A DNA stretch of 52,464 bases from Limnohabitans sp. (GTDB lineage Bacteria; Pseudomonadota; Gammaproteobacteria; Burkholderiales; Burkholderiaceae_C), in contig JBIKHW010000001.1 of assembly GCA_044361935.1 (NCBI GenBank), positions 1-52,464 on the forward strand. The letters run 5' to 3'. Position 1 is the stretch's first letter, and every line of letters starts with the position of its first letter. Of this stretch, positions 18,373 to 29,003 are shown piece after piece. Made by a program: the position numbers and the translations under genes. The notes below the pieces were generated by a model that saw only the letters and a program-made list of their open reading frames with translations, did not search any database and had not been told where the DNA came from.

Positions 18373-19347
18373 TCACTGCTTCGGGATGCCCGCTTTTTGA
18401 ATCACCTCCGTCCAGCGTTGGATGTCCGTATCCAGCAAGTTGGCCAGCTGCGTTGGCGTGCTGGACTGGGCTTGCACATTGAAGCCTGCCAGGCGCTGCA
18501 CCATGGCGGGATCGGTCAGCACTTTGACGACTTCGGCGTTCAGGCGCTTGACCACGGCCTGCGGCGTTTTGCCCGGAGCGGCCAGGGCGTTCCATGACGA
18601 GACATTGAAGTTGCTCAGACCGGGCAACTCCCGCACCACGGGCACTTGGGGCTCGTCTTTGGGGCGGTTGGCGCCCATCACGCCCAGCAGCCGCACGGCC
18701 TTGGCGTTGATTTGGGGTTTGAGTGGCCCCAGAATTTCCACCACTGCATCCACCTGACCGCCACGCAGCGCGTTGATGACGGCAGGTGTGCCGTTGTAGG
18801 GAATGATTTGCGCAATCAGGTTGGCCTGGGTGCGCAGCAGCTCGGCGGCCAGGTGCTGGGTGCTGCCAATGTTGATGGTGCCGATGTTGAGCTGGCCCGG
18901 GTTGGCGCGGCCAAAGCCGATCAGCTCGGCCAGGCTTTTGTGGGGTGAGGACTCGGGCACCACGATGGCGATGTCAAACAGGCCGAGCAAAGACACGGGC
19001 GCAAAGTCGGTGCGCGGGTTGAAGGGCAATGACTTGAACAGACCCGCACTCACGGCGGTGCCATTGGACATGAGCAAGAGGGTGTGGCCGTCGGGGTCGG
19101 CCTTGGCCACCAGTTCGGCCGCCACGATGCCCCCTGCGCCGGGCCGGTTGTCAATGACGACGGGTTGGCCCAGGTTGACAGACAGTTGCTGCGCCACAGC
19201 ACGGGCGGTCAAATCGGCCACGCCGCCCGCACCAAAGGGCACGACGATGCGCAGGGGTTTGGAGGGGAAAGCAGGCTGCGCCCAAGCGTTGCTGTAAAGC
19301 CCTGCAGACAAAAGGGCGGCGGTGACGAGGTGACGGCGATTTAACAT
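18373..19347 (-). CDS. Bug/TctC-family solute receptor
   Basis: FPSKPLRIVVPFGAGGVAD, DNRPGAGG, WNALAAP. Confidence 0.9.
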   Translation of the reverse strand: MLNRRHLVTAALLSAGLYSNAWAQPAFPSKPLRIVVPFGAGGVADLTARAVAQQLSVNLGQPVVIDNRPGAGGIVAAELVAKADPDGHTLLLMSNGTAVSAGLFKSLPFNPRTDFAPVSLLGLFDIAIVVPESSPHKSLAELIGFGRANPGQLNIGTINIGSTQHLAAELLRTQANLIAQIIPYNGTPAVINALRGGQVDAVVEILGPLKPQINAKAVRLLGVMGANRPKDEPQVPVVRELPGLSNFNVSSWNALAAPGKTPQAVVKRLNAEVVKVLTDPAMVQRLAGFNVQAQSSTPTQLANLLDTDIQRWTEVIQKAGIPKQ

Positions 19348-19377
19348 GGAGGTCTCTTGATGAAGTTTTGACCCGCC

Positions 19378-20139
19378 ATGATAAAACGCAGCGCCATAAG
19401 GGATCGTTGGACACTGTTTGCAGGGCTTTTGATGGGCGTGTTTCTGTCCGGCTGTGCCAGCTGGCCTGGACCAGCATCAGAGCCAAAGCCGCCACAGGTC
19501 TTGCGCCAGTTGCCGCTGCAGTTCAGCGCACAAGACAAGTCGCAGTGGCAAGCCATGCGCTTGCCCGGCAAGTTGCTCACCGCCTACCGGGTGGCCACGC
19601 AAGGCCCGCGCGATGCTTTGCTGGCCGAGGCGGCTTCTTCGGCCAGCATGCTCAGGCAGGCTTTGCACATCGCCCCAAGCCAATTGGGCGCATTGCAGTT
19701 TGATTGGCAGGTCGACCAGCTGATTGCCGCTGCTGACATGCGCCAGCGTGAAGCCGAAGACTCCCCAGCGCGTTTGATTTTGGTGTTCGAGGGCGACCGA
19801 CAGCGGTTTTCAATGCAAAACCAGCTGCTCAGCGAGTTGACCCTCAGCCTGACCGGCGAGCCGCTGCCTTATGCCACGCTGATGTACGTGTGGTGCAACG
19901 ACTGCCCGGCCGAGTCGGTGATCGTCAACCCCAGAACCGACCGCATCCGCAAGCTGGCCGTCGAGTCGGGCCCGGGGCGGGTGGGGCAGTGGTTGCGTTA
20001 CCGGCGCGACATTCGGGCCGATTTTGAAAAGGCCTTTGGCGAGCCGCCCGGGGCTTTGCTGGGGCTGGCCATCATGACCGACACCGACAACACCCGCAGC
20101 ACCACACGCGCTTGGTATGGCGCGATCCGTTTGGAGTGA
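19378..20139 (+). CDS. DUF3047-like lipoprotein
   Basis: Lipobox LSGC, PYATLMYVW, IMTDTDNT...AWYG motifs. Confidence 0.75.
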   Translation: MIKRSAIRDRWTLFAGLLMGVFLSGCASWPGPASEPKPPQVLRQLPLQFSAQDKSQWQAMRLPGKLLTAYRVATQGPRDALLAEAASSASMLRQALHIAPSQLGALQFDWQVDQLIAAADMRQREAEDSPARLILVFEGDRQRFSMQNQLLSELTLSLTGEPLPYATLMYVWCNDCPAESVIVNPRTDRIRKLAVESGPGRVGQWLRYRRDIRADFEKAFGEPPGALLGLAIMTDTDNTRSTTRAWYGAIRLE

Positions 20140-20250
20140 ATGCCCCAGTCCGGTGCGCGACAGCGCATTTGGGGGAATTCCCTGCCCTGAGAGCGAGCGC
20201 GAATGTTGCATACTCAGAAGTTACTTAACTTTTTTCACCGAGGTGTTTTG

Positions 20251-21858
20251 ATGAAGAAGATGACCCCTGCCGCCGTGCTGCCCAGCGCCCTGACCGCATG
20301 TTTGGTCTTGGCCGGTGTGATGACGACTGGTCTGGTGCAAGCCAAGCCTTTCAAATGGACCAGCGCCAGCGACATCCCGACCCTGGACATCCACTCGCAA
20401 AACAATGCTTTGGGCAACGGCGTGCATGCCGCCATCTTTGACTCGTTGGTTTATTACAACAGCAACACCTTCAAGATCGAGCCCCGCTTGGCCACATCCT
20501 GGCGCGAAGTGTCGCCCACGCAGTACCGCTTTAACTTGCGCAAGGGCGTCAAGTTCAGTGATGGTTCGGCCTTGACGGCTGACGACGTGGCATTTTCATT
20601 GGAGCGTGCCCGCGCCAAAACCTCCAACTTCAACGTCTACACCCAAGGCATGAGCCGCGTTGTCAAGGTCGACGCCAACACGGTGGACATCATCTTGAGC
20701 GGGCCCAATCCGGTCATCTTGAACCAGCTGACCGAGTTGCGCATCATGAGCAAAGCCTGGGCTGAAAAGAACAAGTCCATGGAGCCCAAGGACATCAAGA
20801 CCAAAGAAGAGAACTTTGCCCACCGCAACGCCATGGGCAGTGGCCCTTACATGGTCAAAGACTGGCAGCCTGACCAAAAGTTGACGCTGGTGAAAAACCC
20901 GAACTGGTGGGGCTGGTCAGATGCCGCCACCAACGTGACCGAAATCATCTACACCCCCATCAAGAACGAAGCCACCCGCGCTGCCGCCTTGTTGTCGGGC
21001 GAAATCGACTTGGTGCTCGACCCCAGCCCACAAGATTTGGGCCGCATGCGCAACAACGCCAACCTGAAGGTGATCGACGGCATTGAAAACCGCACCATCT
21101 TCTTGGGTATGGACCAGCACCGCGATGAATTGCCCGGCTCCAACGTCAAGGGCAAGAACCCGCTGAAAGACGTGAAAGTGCGCAAGGCGCTGTACCAAGC
21201 GATTGACATGGACACCATCCACCGCGTGACCATGCGCGGCCTGTCGCAAAACACGGGTGCCTTGGTGGCCCCGCAGGTCAATGGATGGACCAAGGCCGTG
21301 GACACCCGCTTCCCCTATTCGCTGGACGCCTCCAAAAAGCTGCTGACCGAAGCCGGCTACCCCAACGGCTTTGAGGTGGACTTTGCCTGCCCGAACAACC
21401 GCTACATCAACGACGAAGAAATCTGCCAGGCCATCACCGCCATGTGGGCCAAGGTGGGCGTCAAGGCCAAGCTGCGCACCATGCCTTTGGTGACGTACTT
21501 CCCCATGATCCAGCGCTACGAAGCCAGCATCTACATGTTGGGCTGGGGCGTGCCGACCTTTGATGCGCTGTACAGCCTGCAGTCGCTCACCCGCTCGGTG
21601 GGCACAGGCGGTGACGGCAATTACAACGTGGGCCGCTACAGCAACGCCCGCATGGACTACATCGTCGACCGCGTGAAGACCGAAACCGACTTGCCGGTGC
21701 GCAACCGTTTGCTGACCGAAGGCCTGCAGTTGTCCAACGACACCGTCTCGCACATCCCGTTGCACAACCAGGTGATTCCATGGGGCATGAAGAAAAACAT
21801 TGACGTGGTGCACCGTCCTGACAACCGCCTCGACTGGACACTGATCAAGGTCAACTGA
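20251..21858 (+). CDS. peptide/nickel ABC transporter substrate-binding protein (family 5)
   Basis: LDIHS, LATSW, FNLRKGVKFSDG, GSGPY, VRKALYQAID. Confidence 0.92.
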   Translation: MKKMTPAAVLPSALTACLVLAGVMTTGLVQAKPFKWTSASDIPTLDIHSQNNALGNGVHAAIFDSLVYYNSNTFKIEPRLATSWREVSPTQYRFNLRKGVKFSDGSALTADDVAFSLERARAKTSNFNVYTQGMSRVVKVDANTVDIILSGPNPVILNQLTELRIMSKAWAEKNKSMEPKDIKTKEENFAHRNAMGSGPYMVKDWQPDQKLTLVKNPNWWGWSDAATNVTEIIYTPIKNEATRAAALLSGEIDLVLDPSPQDLGRMRNNANLKVIDGIENRTIFLGMDQHRDELPGSNVKGKNPLKDVKVRKALYQAIDMDTIHRVTMRGLSQNTGALVAPQVNGWTKAVDTRFPYSLDASKKLLTEAGYPNGFEVDFACPNNRYINDEEICQAITAMWAKVGVKAKLRTMPLVTYFPMIQRYEASIYMLGWGVPTFDALYSLQSLTRSVGTGGDGNYNVGRYSNARMDYIVDRVKTETDLPVRNRLLTEGLQLSNDTVSHIPLHNQVIPWGMKKNIDVVHRPDNRLDWTLIKVN

Positions 21859-22838
21859 TGCTCGCTTTCATCTTGCAGCGGCTGATCCAGGCCGTGATCG
21901 TGATGGTCACGGTCGCTTTCATCGCCTTCTTGTTGTTTCAGTACGTGGGTGACCCGGTGGTGTTCTTGCTCGGGCAAGACGCCACCAAAGAGCAGATCGA
22001 CCTGCTGCGGGCCGACTTGGGGCTGGACCAGCCTTTCTTTGTGCAGTTTGGCCATTTCTTGGTCAATGCGGTGCAAGGCGAGTTTGGTCTGAGCCTGCGT
22101 CAAGGTGCGAAGGTTTCGCGCCTTATCGCCGAGCGCTTGCCCGCCACGTTGGAGTTGGCGATGGTTGCCGCAGGCTTGGCCTTGGTCATTGGCATTCCCA
22201 TGGGGGTGTACGCGGCCTTGCGCCGGGGCACCTGGGCCAGCCAATTCATCATGACGGTGTCCTTGCTGGGGGTGTCGCTCCCCACCTTCCTGATCGGTAT
22301 CTTGTTGATCCTGGTGTTTGCGGTGATGCTCGGCTGGTTCCCCAGCTTTGGCCGCGGTGAGGTGGTGCAGATGGGCTGGTGGTCGAGTGGCTTGATGACG
22401 GCCAAGGGCTGGCATCACATCGTGCTGCCGGCCGTGACGCTGGCGATTTTTCAGCTCACGCTGATCATGCGCTTGGTGCGTGCCGAGATGCTCGAGGTGC
22501 TGCGCACCGACTACATCAAGTTCGCTCGCGCCCGTGGCCTGTCCAACCGCGCCATCCACTTTGGCCATGCCCTCAAAAACACGCTGGTGCCGGTGATGAC
22601 CATCACCGGTTTGCAGCTGGGTGGTCTGATTGCTTTTGCCATCATCACCGAGACGGTGTTCCAGTGGCCCGGCATGGGCCTGCTGTTCATCCAGGCGGTG
22701 ACCTTTGCCGACATCCCGGTCATGGCCGCTTACCTGTGCTTGATTGCGCTGATCTTCGTGGTCATCAACCTGATCGTCGATTTGCTCTACTTTGTGGTGG
22801 ACCCGCGTCTGCGCGTGGGCAAGCCCGGGGGACATTGA
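21858..22838 (+). CDS. peptide ABC transporter permease (DppB-like)
   Basis: RLPATLEL, DYIKFARARG EAA loop, ETVFQWPGMG, DPR. Confidence 0.92.
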   Translation: MLAFILQRLIQAVIVMVTVAFIAFLLFQYVGDPVVFLLGQDATKEQIDLLRADLGLDQPFFVQFGHFLVNAVQGEFGLSLRQGAKVSRLIAERLPATLELAMVAAGLALVIGIPMGVYAALRRGTWASQFIMTVSLLGVSLPTFLIGILLILVFAVMLGWFPSFGRGEVVQMGWWSSGLMTAKGWHHIVLPAVTLAIFQLTLIMRLVRAEMLEVLRTDYIKFARARGLSNRAIHFGHALKNTLVPVMTITGLQLGGLIAFAIITETVFQWPGMGLLFIQAVTFADIPVMAAYLCLIALIFVVINLIVDLLYFVVDPRLRVGKPGGH

Positions 22839-22840
22839 GC

Positions 22841-24091
22841 ATGGGCGCTTCATTGCAATCGGTGCTGGGACGGGGCGCGGCGTTTGCACGCATTGCCCAG
22901 TTCCACCCGGAGCTCACGGCCTTTCGGCGCGACCTGCACGCCCACCCCGAGCTCGGCTTTGAAGAGGTCTACACCTCGGGCCGTGTGGCCGAGATGCTCA
23001 AAGTCTGTGGCGTGGACAGCATCCACACCGGCATCGGCAAAACCGGTGTGGTGGCTTTGGTGCACGGCCAGGGCCGCACGGCCAGCGACCCGGGCCGCAT
23101 GATCGGCCTGCGGGCCGACATGGACGCGTTGCCGCTCAACGAGCACAACGAATGCACCTGGAAATCGGGCACGCCCGGCTTGATGCACGGCTGTGGTCAC
23201 GACGGCCACACCGCCATGCTGATGGGGGCGGCGCGTTACCTGGCCGAGACCCGGCGCTTTGATGGCACGGCGGTGCTGATTTTCCAGCCCGGCGAAGAAG
23301 GCTATGCAGGCGCTCGCGCCATGATGCAAGACGGCCTGTTTGAGCGCTTCCCTTGCGAGCAGGTCTATGCCCAGCACAACTCACCCGAGACGCCCTTGGG
23401 CGTGATCGGCATTACCCCCGGCCCCATGCAGGCGGCGGTGGATCGCATCGAGATTCGCATCATCGGCAAAGGCGGGCACGGTGCCCGCCCGCACCAGGGT
23501 GTTGATCCCGTTTTGGTGGCCGGGCACATCATCACCGCCGCACAAAGCGTGGTCTCGCGCAACCTGTCGGCTTTTGACCAGGCAGTCATCAGCATCTGCT
23601 CGATGCAGGCCGGCCACCCCGGTGCCATGAGTGTGATCCCGGGCGAGGCGATTTTGGTGGGCACCGTGCGCACTTACAGCGAGCGCGTGCAAGACCAGAT
23701 CGAAGACCGCCTGCGCGCCTTGTGCAACGGTGTGGCGCAAGGCTTTGGGGCCTCCGCCGAATTGACCTACGAACGCGTCTACCCCGCCACCGTCAACACC
23801 GTGCCCGAAGCTCAGTTTGCCTGCGATGTGGCGGCCGCTTTGGTGGGCGAAGACAAGGTCTTGCGCGACATGCTGCCCAGCATGGGCGGCGAAGACTTCT
23901 CGTTCATGCTCCAGGCCAAGCCCGGGGCCTACATCCGCATCGGCCAAGGCCTGCCGCATGGCCCCGGCCCGCACCCGCTGCACAACAGCCGCTACGATTT
24001 CAACGACGACATCTTGCCTTTGGGCGCGGCTTTGCACGCCAGCTTGATCGAGCAAGCTTTGCCGCTGAACACTGCCTTGCGCAGTTCATGA
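22841..24091 (+). CDS. M20D-family amidohydrolase (hippurate hydrolase-like)
   Basis: RRDLHAHPELGFEE, LRADMDALP, MHGCGHDGH, FQPGEEG, GGEDFS. Confidence 0.92.
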   Translation: MGASLQSVLGRGAAFARIAQFHPELTAFRRDLHAHPELGFEEVYTSGRVAEMLKVCGVDSIHTGIGKTGVVALVHGQGRTASDPGRMIGLRADMDALPLNEHNECTWKSGTPGLMHGCGHDGHTAMLMGAARYLAETRRFDGTAVLIFQPGEEGYAGARAMMQDGLFERFPCEQVYAQHNSPETPLGVIGITPGPMQAAVDRIEIRIIGKGGHGARPHQGVDPVLVAGHIITAAQSVVSRNLSAFDQAVISICSMQAGHPGAMSVIPGEAILVGTVRTYSERVQDQIEDRLRALCNGVAQGFGASAELTYERVYPATVNTVPEAQFACDVAAALVGEDKVLRDMLPSMGGEDFSFMLQAKPGAYIRIGQGLPHGPGPHPLHNSRYDFNDDILPLGAALHASLIEQALPLNTALRSS

Positions 24092-24132
24092 TTTTCCAAC
24101 CGCTTTCACCCCTTTCTTTCAGGAGTTTTTTC

Positions 24133-25716
24133 ATGCGCATGCATTCCTTTAACCGCACATTGACCGCTTTGGCCGTGGTGTCTGCCTTGGCGATGGGCAG
24201 CGCCCACGCTGCCACTGTTCGCATTGCCAACCAAGGCGACGCCTTGTCGATGGACCCGCATTCGCTCAACGAGTCGCTGCAACTGAGCGTGACCAACAAC
24301 GTTTACGAGTCGCTGGTCGGCGTGAGCCAGGATCTGAAGTTTGTGCCTGGTTTGGCCACTTCGTGGAAGCAGACCTCGCCGAACGTGTGGCGTTTTGAAC
24401 TGCGCAAGAACGTGCGTTTCCATGACGACACGCCTTTCACCGCCGATGACGTGGTGTTCTCGCTCAACCGCGCTGCAGGCGAAGGCTCGGACATGCGCAG
24501 CAACACCAATGACATCAAGGAAGTGCGCAAGATCAACAGCCACACCATCGAGATCGAAACCAAGGCCCCTTTCCCGATCTTGCCCAACGTGCTGTCCACC
24601 GTCTTCATGATGAGCAAAAAGTGGTGCGAGGACAACCAGGCCACACGCCCGGTGGACCGCCGCAAGGGCATTGAAAACGCCGCCTCGTTCCGCGCCAATG
24701 GCACTGGCCCCTACCGCCTGCGCGAGCGCCAGCCCAATGTGCGCACCACCTTTGTGCGCAACGGCAGCTATTGGGGCAAGATCGAAGGCAACGTGGATGA
24801 GGTCATCTTCTCCGTGATCTCCAACGACCCGACCCGCGTGGCAGCCTTGCTGTCCGGCGAGATCGACATCATGGAGCCCGTGCCGGTGCAGGACGTGCCC
24901 CGCATCAACGCCGGTGCCAACACCCGCGCTTTGGTGGCCCCCGAGTTGCGCACCATCTTTTTGGGCATGGACCAAAAGCGTGACGAGCTGCTGTACTCCA
25001 GCGTGAAGGGCAAGAACCCCTTTAAGGACAAGCGCGTGCGCCAGGCCTTCTATCAGGCCATCGACATTGAAGGCATCAAGCGCACCGTGATGCGTGGCGC
25101 ATCCAACCCCAGCGCCTTGATGGTCGGCCCCGGCATCAACGGTTTCAACCCCGATCTGAACAAGCGCCTGCCCTTTGACCCTGAAGCTTCTAAAAAGTTG
25201 CTGGCTGAAGCGGGTTATCCCAATGGTTTCACGGTGGACATGAACTGCCCCAATGACCGCTATGTGAACGACGGCCAGATCTGCGAAGCCGTGGCCGCCA
25301 ACCTGGCCCGCGTGAACATCAAGATCAACCTCAAGGCCGAGACCAAGGGCACCTACTTCCCGAAAATTTTGCGCCGTGACACCAGCTTCTATTTGCTGGG
25401 CTGGACCCCCAGCACCTACGACGCTCACAACGCGCTCAATGCCTTGATGCGCTGCGTGGACGACAAGGGCACAGGCCAGTTCAACCTGGGTTCCTATTGC
25501 AACCCCAAGGTGGACGAGCTGACTGTGAAAATCCAAAGCGAAACCGATCAGGCCAAGCGCAATGCCATGATCAAAGAGGTCTTTGAGCTGCACAACGCCG
25601 ACATTGGCCACTTGCCACTGCACCAGCAGGCTTTGGCCTGGGGCACCAGCAAAAAGGTCACGCTGGTGCAGCGTGGTGACAACTCCATGCCCTTCAAGTC
25701 CATCACCGTGAAGTGA
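24133..25716 (+). CDS. second peptide ABC substrate-binding protein (family 5)
   Basis: AGGAG RBS at 24121; MDPHS, LATSW, GTGPY, VRQAFYQAID. Confidence 0.92.
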   Translation: MRMHSFNRTLTALAVVSALAMGSAHAATVRIANQGDALSMDPHSLNESLQLSVTNNVYESLVGVSQDLKFVPGLATSWKQTSPNVWRFELRKNVRFHDDTPFTADDVVFSLNRAAGEGSDMRSNTNDIKEVRKINSHTIEIETKAPFPILPNVLSTVFMMSKKWCEDNQATRPVDRRKGIENAASFRANGTGPYRLRERQPNVRTTFVRNGSYWGKIEGNVDEVIFSVISNDPTRVAALLSGEIDIMEPVPVQDVPRINAGANTRALVAPELRTIFLGMDQKRDELLYSSVKGKNPFKDKRVRQAFYQAIDIEGIKRTVMRGASNPSALMVGPGINGFNPDLNKRLPFDPEASKKLLAEAGYPNGFTVDMNCPNDRYVNDGQICEAVAANLARVNIKINLKAETKGTYFPKILRRDTSFYLLGWTPSTYDAHNALNALMRCVDDKGTGQFNLGSYCNPKVDELTVKIQSETDQAKRNAMIKEVFELHNADIGHLPLHQQALAWGTSKKVTLVQRGDNSMPFKSITVK

Positions 25717-25718
25717 CC

Positions 25719-26630
25719 ATGAGCAATGTCTTGACCCGTTGGCTCCACAGCGATGTGGGCTACAGCTTTCGCCAGTCGCCCACCGCCATGGTGGCAGCGG
25801 CCATCGCCTTTGTGTGCCTGTTCTCGGCGGTGTTTGCCGGCTGGGTCGCGCCCACCAACCCGTTTGATCTGGCCTCACTGGAGCTGAGCGATGCCCGCTT
25901 GCCGCCAGCCTGGATGGAGGGCGGCAGCACCAAGTTCTTGCTGGGCACCGACGACCAAGGCCGCGACATTTTGTCGGCCATCATCTACGGATCGCGCATC
26001 TCCTTGGTGGTGGGCTTGGCCTCGGTCATCTTGTCTGTGGTGGTGGGGGTGGGTCTGGGTTTGCTGGCGGGTTTTCGGGGTGGCTGGATTGACGCACTCC
26101 TCATGCGCCTGTGTGATGTGATGTTGTCATTCCCCGCCATCCTGGTGGCGCTCTTGATTGCGGGTGTGGGCCGTGCGCTGTTTCCCAATGCGCACGAGTC
26201 ACTGGCCTTTGGTGTGTTGATCATCTCGATCTCGCTCACTGGTTGGGTGCAATACGCCCGCACGGTGCGCGGCACCACGCTGGTGGAGCGCAACAAGGAA
26301 TACGTGCAAGCCGCGCGTGTGACGGGCGTGGCCTCCCTGCGCATCATGGTCAAGCATGTGCTGCCCAACGTGATGGGCCCGGTCATGGTGCTGGCCACCA
26401 TCCAGGTGGCCACCGCCATCATCACCGAGGCGACGCTGTCGTTCTTGGGTGTGGGCGCTCCACCCACTTCGCCATCGCTGGGCACGCTGATTCGTGTCGG
26501 CAACGATTATTTGTTCTCGGGCGAGTGGTGGATCACGATTTTCCCGGGCCTGATGCTGGTGCTGATCGCCCTGTCGGTCAACTTGCTGGGTGACTGGTTG
26601 CGCGACGCGCTGAATCCGAGATTGCGATGA
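25719..26630 (+). CDS. peptide ABC transporter permease (DppC-like)
   Basis: LLGTDDQGRD, EYVQAAR, LSFLGVG, GDWLRDALNPR. Confidence 0.92.
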   Translation: MSNVLTRWLHSDVGYSFRQSPTAMVAAAIAFVCLFSAVFAGWVAPTNPFDLASLELSDARLPPAWMEGGSTKFLLGTDDQGRDILSAIIYGSRISLVVGLASVILSVVVGVGLGLLAGFRGGWIDALLMRLCDVMLSFPAILVALLIAGVGRALFPNAHESLAFGVLIISISLTGWVQYARTVRGTTLVERNKEYVQAARVTGVASLRIMVKHVLPNVMGPVMVLATIQVATAIITEATLSFLGVGAPPTSPSLGTLIRVGNDYLFSGEWWITIFPGLMLVLIALSVNLLGDWLRDALNPRLR

Positions 26631-27595
26631 GTCTTTTACAAGTCAAAAACCTGGTGGTGGAATTCCCCAGCCGCCACGGCACGCTGCGTGCGCTGGACAA
26701 TATTTCTTTCGACATCGCCCCCGGTGAAATTCTGGGTGTGGTGGGTGAGTCGGGCGCGGGCAAGTCGCTCACGGGCGCGGCTATCATTGGCCTGCTAGAG
26801 CCGCCGGGCCGTGTGGCCGGGGGGCAAATTTTGCTCGAAGGCCAGCGCATCGACCACCTGAACAACGACGAGATGCGCCACATCCGGGGCCGCAAGATCG
26901 GTGCGATTTTTCAGGACCCGCTGACTTCCCTCAACCCCTTGTATTCGATTGGCAAGCAGCTGACCGAAACCATCCTGGCCCACCTGCCGGTCACGCCCCA
27001 AGAGGCGCGGCAACGTGCCATCCAGCTGCTCAAGGACACCGGCATTTCGGCCGCCGAAGAGCGCATCGACCATTACCCGCACCAGTTTTCGGGCGGCATG
27101 CGCCAGCGCGTGGTGATTGCTTTGGCCTTGGCGGCTGAGCCGCAACTGATTGTGGCGGACGAGCCGACCACGGCGCTTGATGTGTCCATCCAGGCGCAGA
27201 TCATCAGCTTGCTCAAAAAGGTCTGCAAGGACCGTGGCGCTGCCGTCATGCTGATCACGCACGACATGGGCGTGATCGCCGAAACCTGTGACCGCGTGGC
27301 CGTGTTGTACGCCGGGCGCGTGGCCGAAATCGGCCCGGTACACCAGGTCATCAATCACCCCGCACACCCTTACACCGCTGGCCTGATGGCCTCGATCCCC
27401 GACATGGACAGTGACCGCGAACGCCTGAACCAAATTGACGGCGCGATGCCCCGCCTGAACGCCATCCCGCAAGGCTGCGCCTTCAACCCGCGCTGCCCCA
27501 AAGCCTTTGACCGCTGCAAACAAGACCGACCCGATTTGGTCCAGGCGGGTGAAACCCGGGCCGCTTGCTGGCTGCACGACGGGAGTGCCGCATGA
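26627..27595 (+). CDS. peptide ABC transporter ATP-binding protein (DppD-like)
   Basis: GESGAGKS, FSGGMRQR, DEPTTALD, C-terminal Cys motif. Confidence 0.93.
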   Translation: MSLLQVKNLVVEFPSRHGTLRALDNISFDIAPGEILGVVGESGAGKSLTGAAIIGLLEPPGRVAGGQILLEGQRIDHLNNDEMRHIRGRKIGAIFQDPLTSLNPLYSIGKQLTETILAHLPVTPQEARQRAIQLLKDTGISAAEERIDHYPHQFSGGMRQRVVIALALAAEPQLIVADEPTTALDVSIQAQIISLLKKVCKDRGAAVMLITHDMGVIAETCDRVAVLYAGRVAEIGPVHQVINHPAHPYTAGLMASIPDMDSDRERLNQIDGAMPRLNAIPQGCAFNPRCPKAFDRCKQDRPDLVQAGETRAACWLHDGSAA

Positions 27596-28599
27596 GCAAC
27601 AACATGACCAACGCCAAGCCGCAGCCTTTGGTTGTGGCACACGATTTGGCCAAGACCTTTGACGTCTCGGCCCCGTGGCTCAACCGCGTGATCGAGCGCA
27701 AGCCGCGCCAAATGCTCAACGCCGTGGACGGCGTGAGCTTCGAGATCGAACGCGGCAAGACCCTCGCTTTGGTGGGCGAGTCCGGTTGCGGCAAAAGCAC
27801 CGTGGCCCGCTTGCTGGTGGGCCTGTACGAGCCCACACGCGGCGGCCTGACCTTTGACGGCCAAGACGCGCACGCCGCTTTCAAATCAAACGATGCCAAG
27901 GCCATGCGCCAACGCATTCAGATGATTTTTCAGGACCCCTATGCCAGCCTGAACCCACGCTGGACGGTGGACAACATCATTGGCGAGCCGCTCAAAGAGC
28001 ACGGCCTGATCAGCGACACCGAAGAGCTCAAAGCCCGTGTGGCCGAGTTGCTCAAGTCGGTGGGCTTGTCGCCGCTTGATATGGTCAAGTACCCGCACCA
28101 GTTTTCGGGCGGGCAGCGCCAGCGCATCTCCATCGCCCGCGCTCTGGCCACCGCACCGGAGTTTTTGGTGTGTGACGAGCCGACCTCGGCCCTGGACGTG
28201 AGTGTGCAGGCGCAGGTGCTCAACATCATGAAAGACCTGCAGCGCGAGCGCGGCCTGACATATCTGTTTATCAGCCACAACCTGGCCGTGGTGCGCCATG
28301 TGAGTGACCAGGTGGGCGTGATGTACTTGGGCCGACTGGTGGAGCTGGCCGACAAACACACCTTGTTTGGCAACCCGCAGCACCCCTACACCAAGATGCT
28401 GCTGGACGCGATTCCCAAAATGCACGACACCGGCCGCGCCCGCACCCCGGTGCAAGGCGAAGTGCCCAACCCGCTCAACCCCCCAAGCGGCTGCACCTTC
28501 CACCCCCGCTGCCCGCAGGCCACCGACATCTGCCGTTCAGAGCGCCCCGCTTTACGCGACTTCAAAGGCATCAAGATCGCTTGTCACGCGGTGGTGTGA
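27592..28599 (+). CDS. peptide ABC transporter ATP-binding protein (DppF-like)
   Basis: GESGCGKS, FSGGQRQR, DEPTSALD, GCTFHPRC. Confidence 0.93.
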   Translation: MSNNMTNAKPQPLVVAHDLAKTFDVSAPWLNRVIERKPRQMLNAVDGVSFEIERGKTLALVGESGCGKSTVARLLVGLYEPTRGGLTFDGQDAHAAFKSNDAKAMRQRIQMIFQDPYASLNPRWTVDNIIGEPLKEHGLISDTEELKARVAELLKSVGLSPLDMVKYPHQFSGGQRQRISIARALATAPEFLVCDEPTSALDVSVQAQVLNIMKDLQRERGLTYLFISHNLAVVRHVSDQVGVMYLGRLVELADKHTLFGNPQHPYTKMLLDAIPKMHDTGRARTPVQGEVPNPLNPPSGCTFHPRCPQATDICRSERPALRDFKGIKIACHAVV

Positions 28600-28667
28600 T
28601 GATGGAGAGATAGACGCAAGCTCTTTAAAGACCAAAATATCAGTCATTAACTTGATTAAATTCAATA

Positions 28668-29003
28668 ATGGCTGAATTTTTAGACTTTAATTTTTCCTCG
28701 GTGGATGAGATTTCGCTGGTTTTGGCACAGCGCTTGAAAAACCAGAGGGTGCAAAAAGAAATCTCCCAAGCCGACATGGCGCAACGCATGGGCGTGTCGC
28801 GCAGCACGCTCAACACTCTCGAAAATACGGGCAAAGGCTCGATGACTTCTTGGGTCAAACTGGTTCAGTGCCTCGGTCAAGAGGCTCAATTTCAAACGCT
28901 GTTCAAACCGTTGATCACATCCATCGCCGACATGGCGAAACAGCAACTACCCGCTCGTCAGCGCGTTACCCGAAAGCGCCTTTGGCTTGGGGCCAAGTTG
29001 TGA
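28668..29003 (+). CDS. XRE-family HTH protein (HipB-type antitoxin)
   Basis: RVQKEISQADMAQRMGVSRSTLNTLENTG HTH; GTGA overlap with a hipA-like remnant. Confidence 0.8.
   Translation: MAEFLDFNFSSVDEISLVLAQRLKNQRVQKEISQADMAQRMGVSRSTLNTLENTGKGSMTSWVKLVQCLGQEAQFQTLFKPLITSIADMAKQQLPARQRVTRKRLWLGAKL

Noticed and set aside
22379-24132. Apparent long N-terminal extensions of the amidohydrolase (570 aa) and second SBP (664 aa)
   Set aside because: They overlap upstream genes in other frames; the starts at 22841 and 24133 fit the operon spacing, and 24133 has a clear RBS
20251-28599. Peptide ABC operon with two binding proteins and an embedded amidohydrolase as a novel system
   Set aside because: An ordinary arrangement for Burkholderiales peptide/amide uptake; nothing unexplained in the sequence
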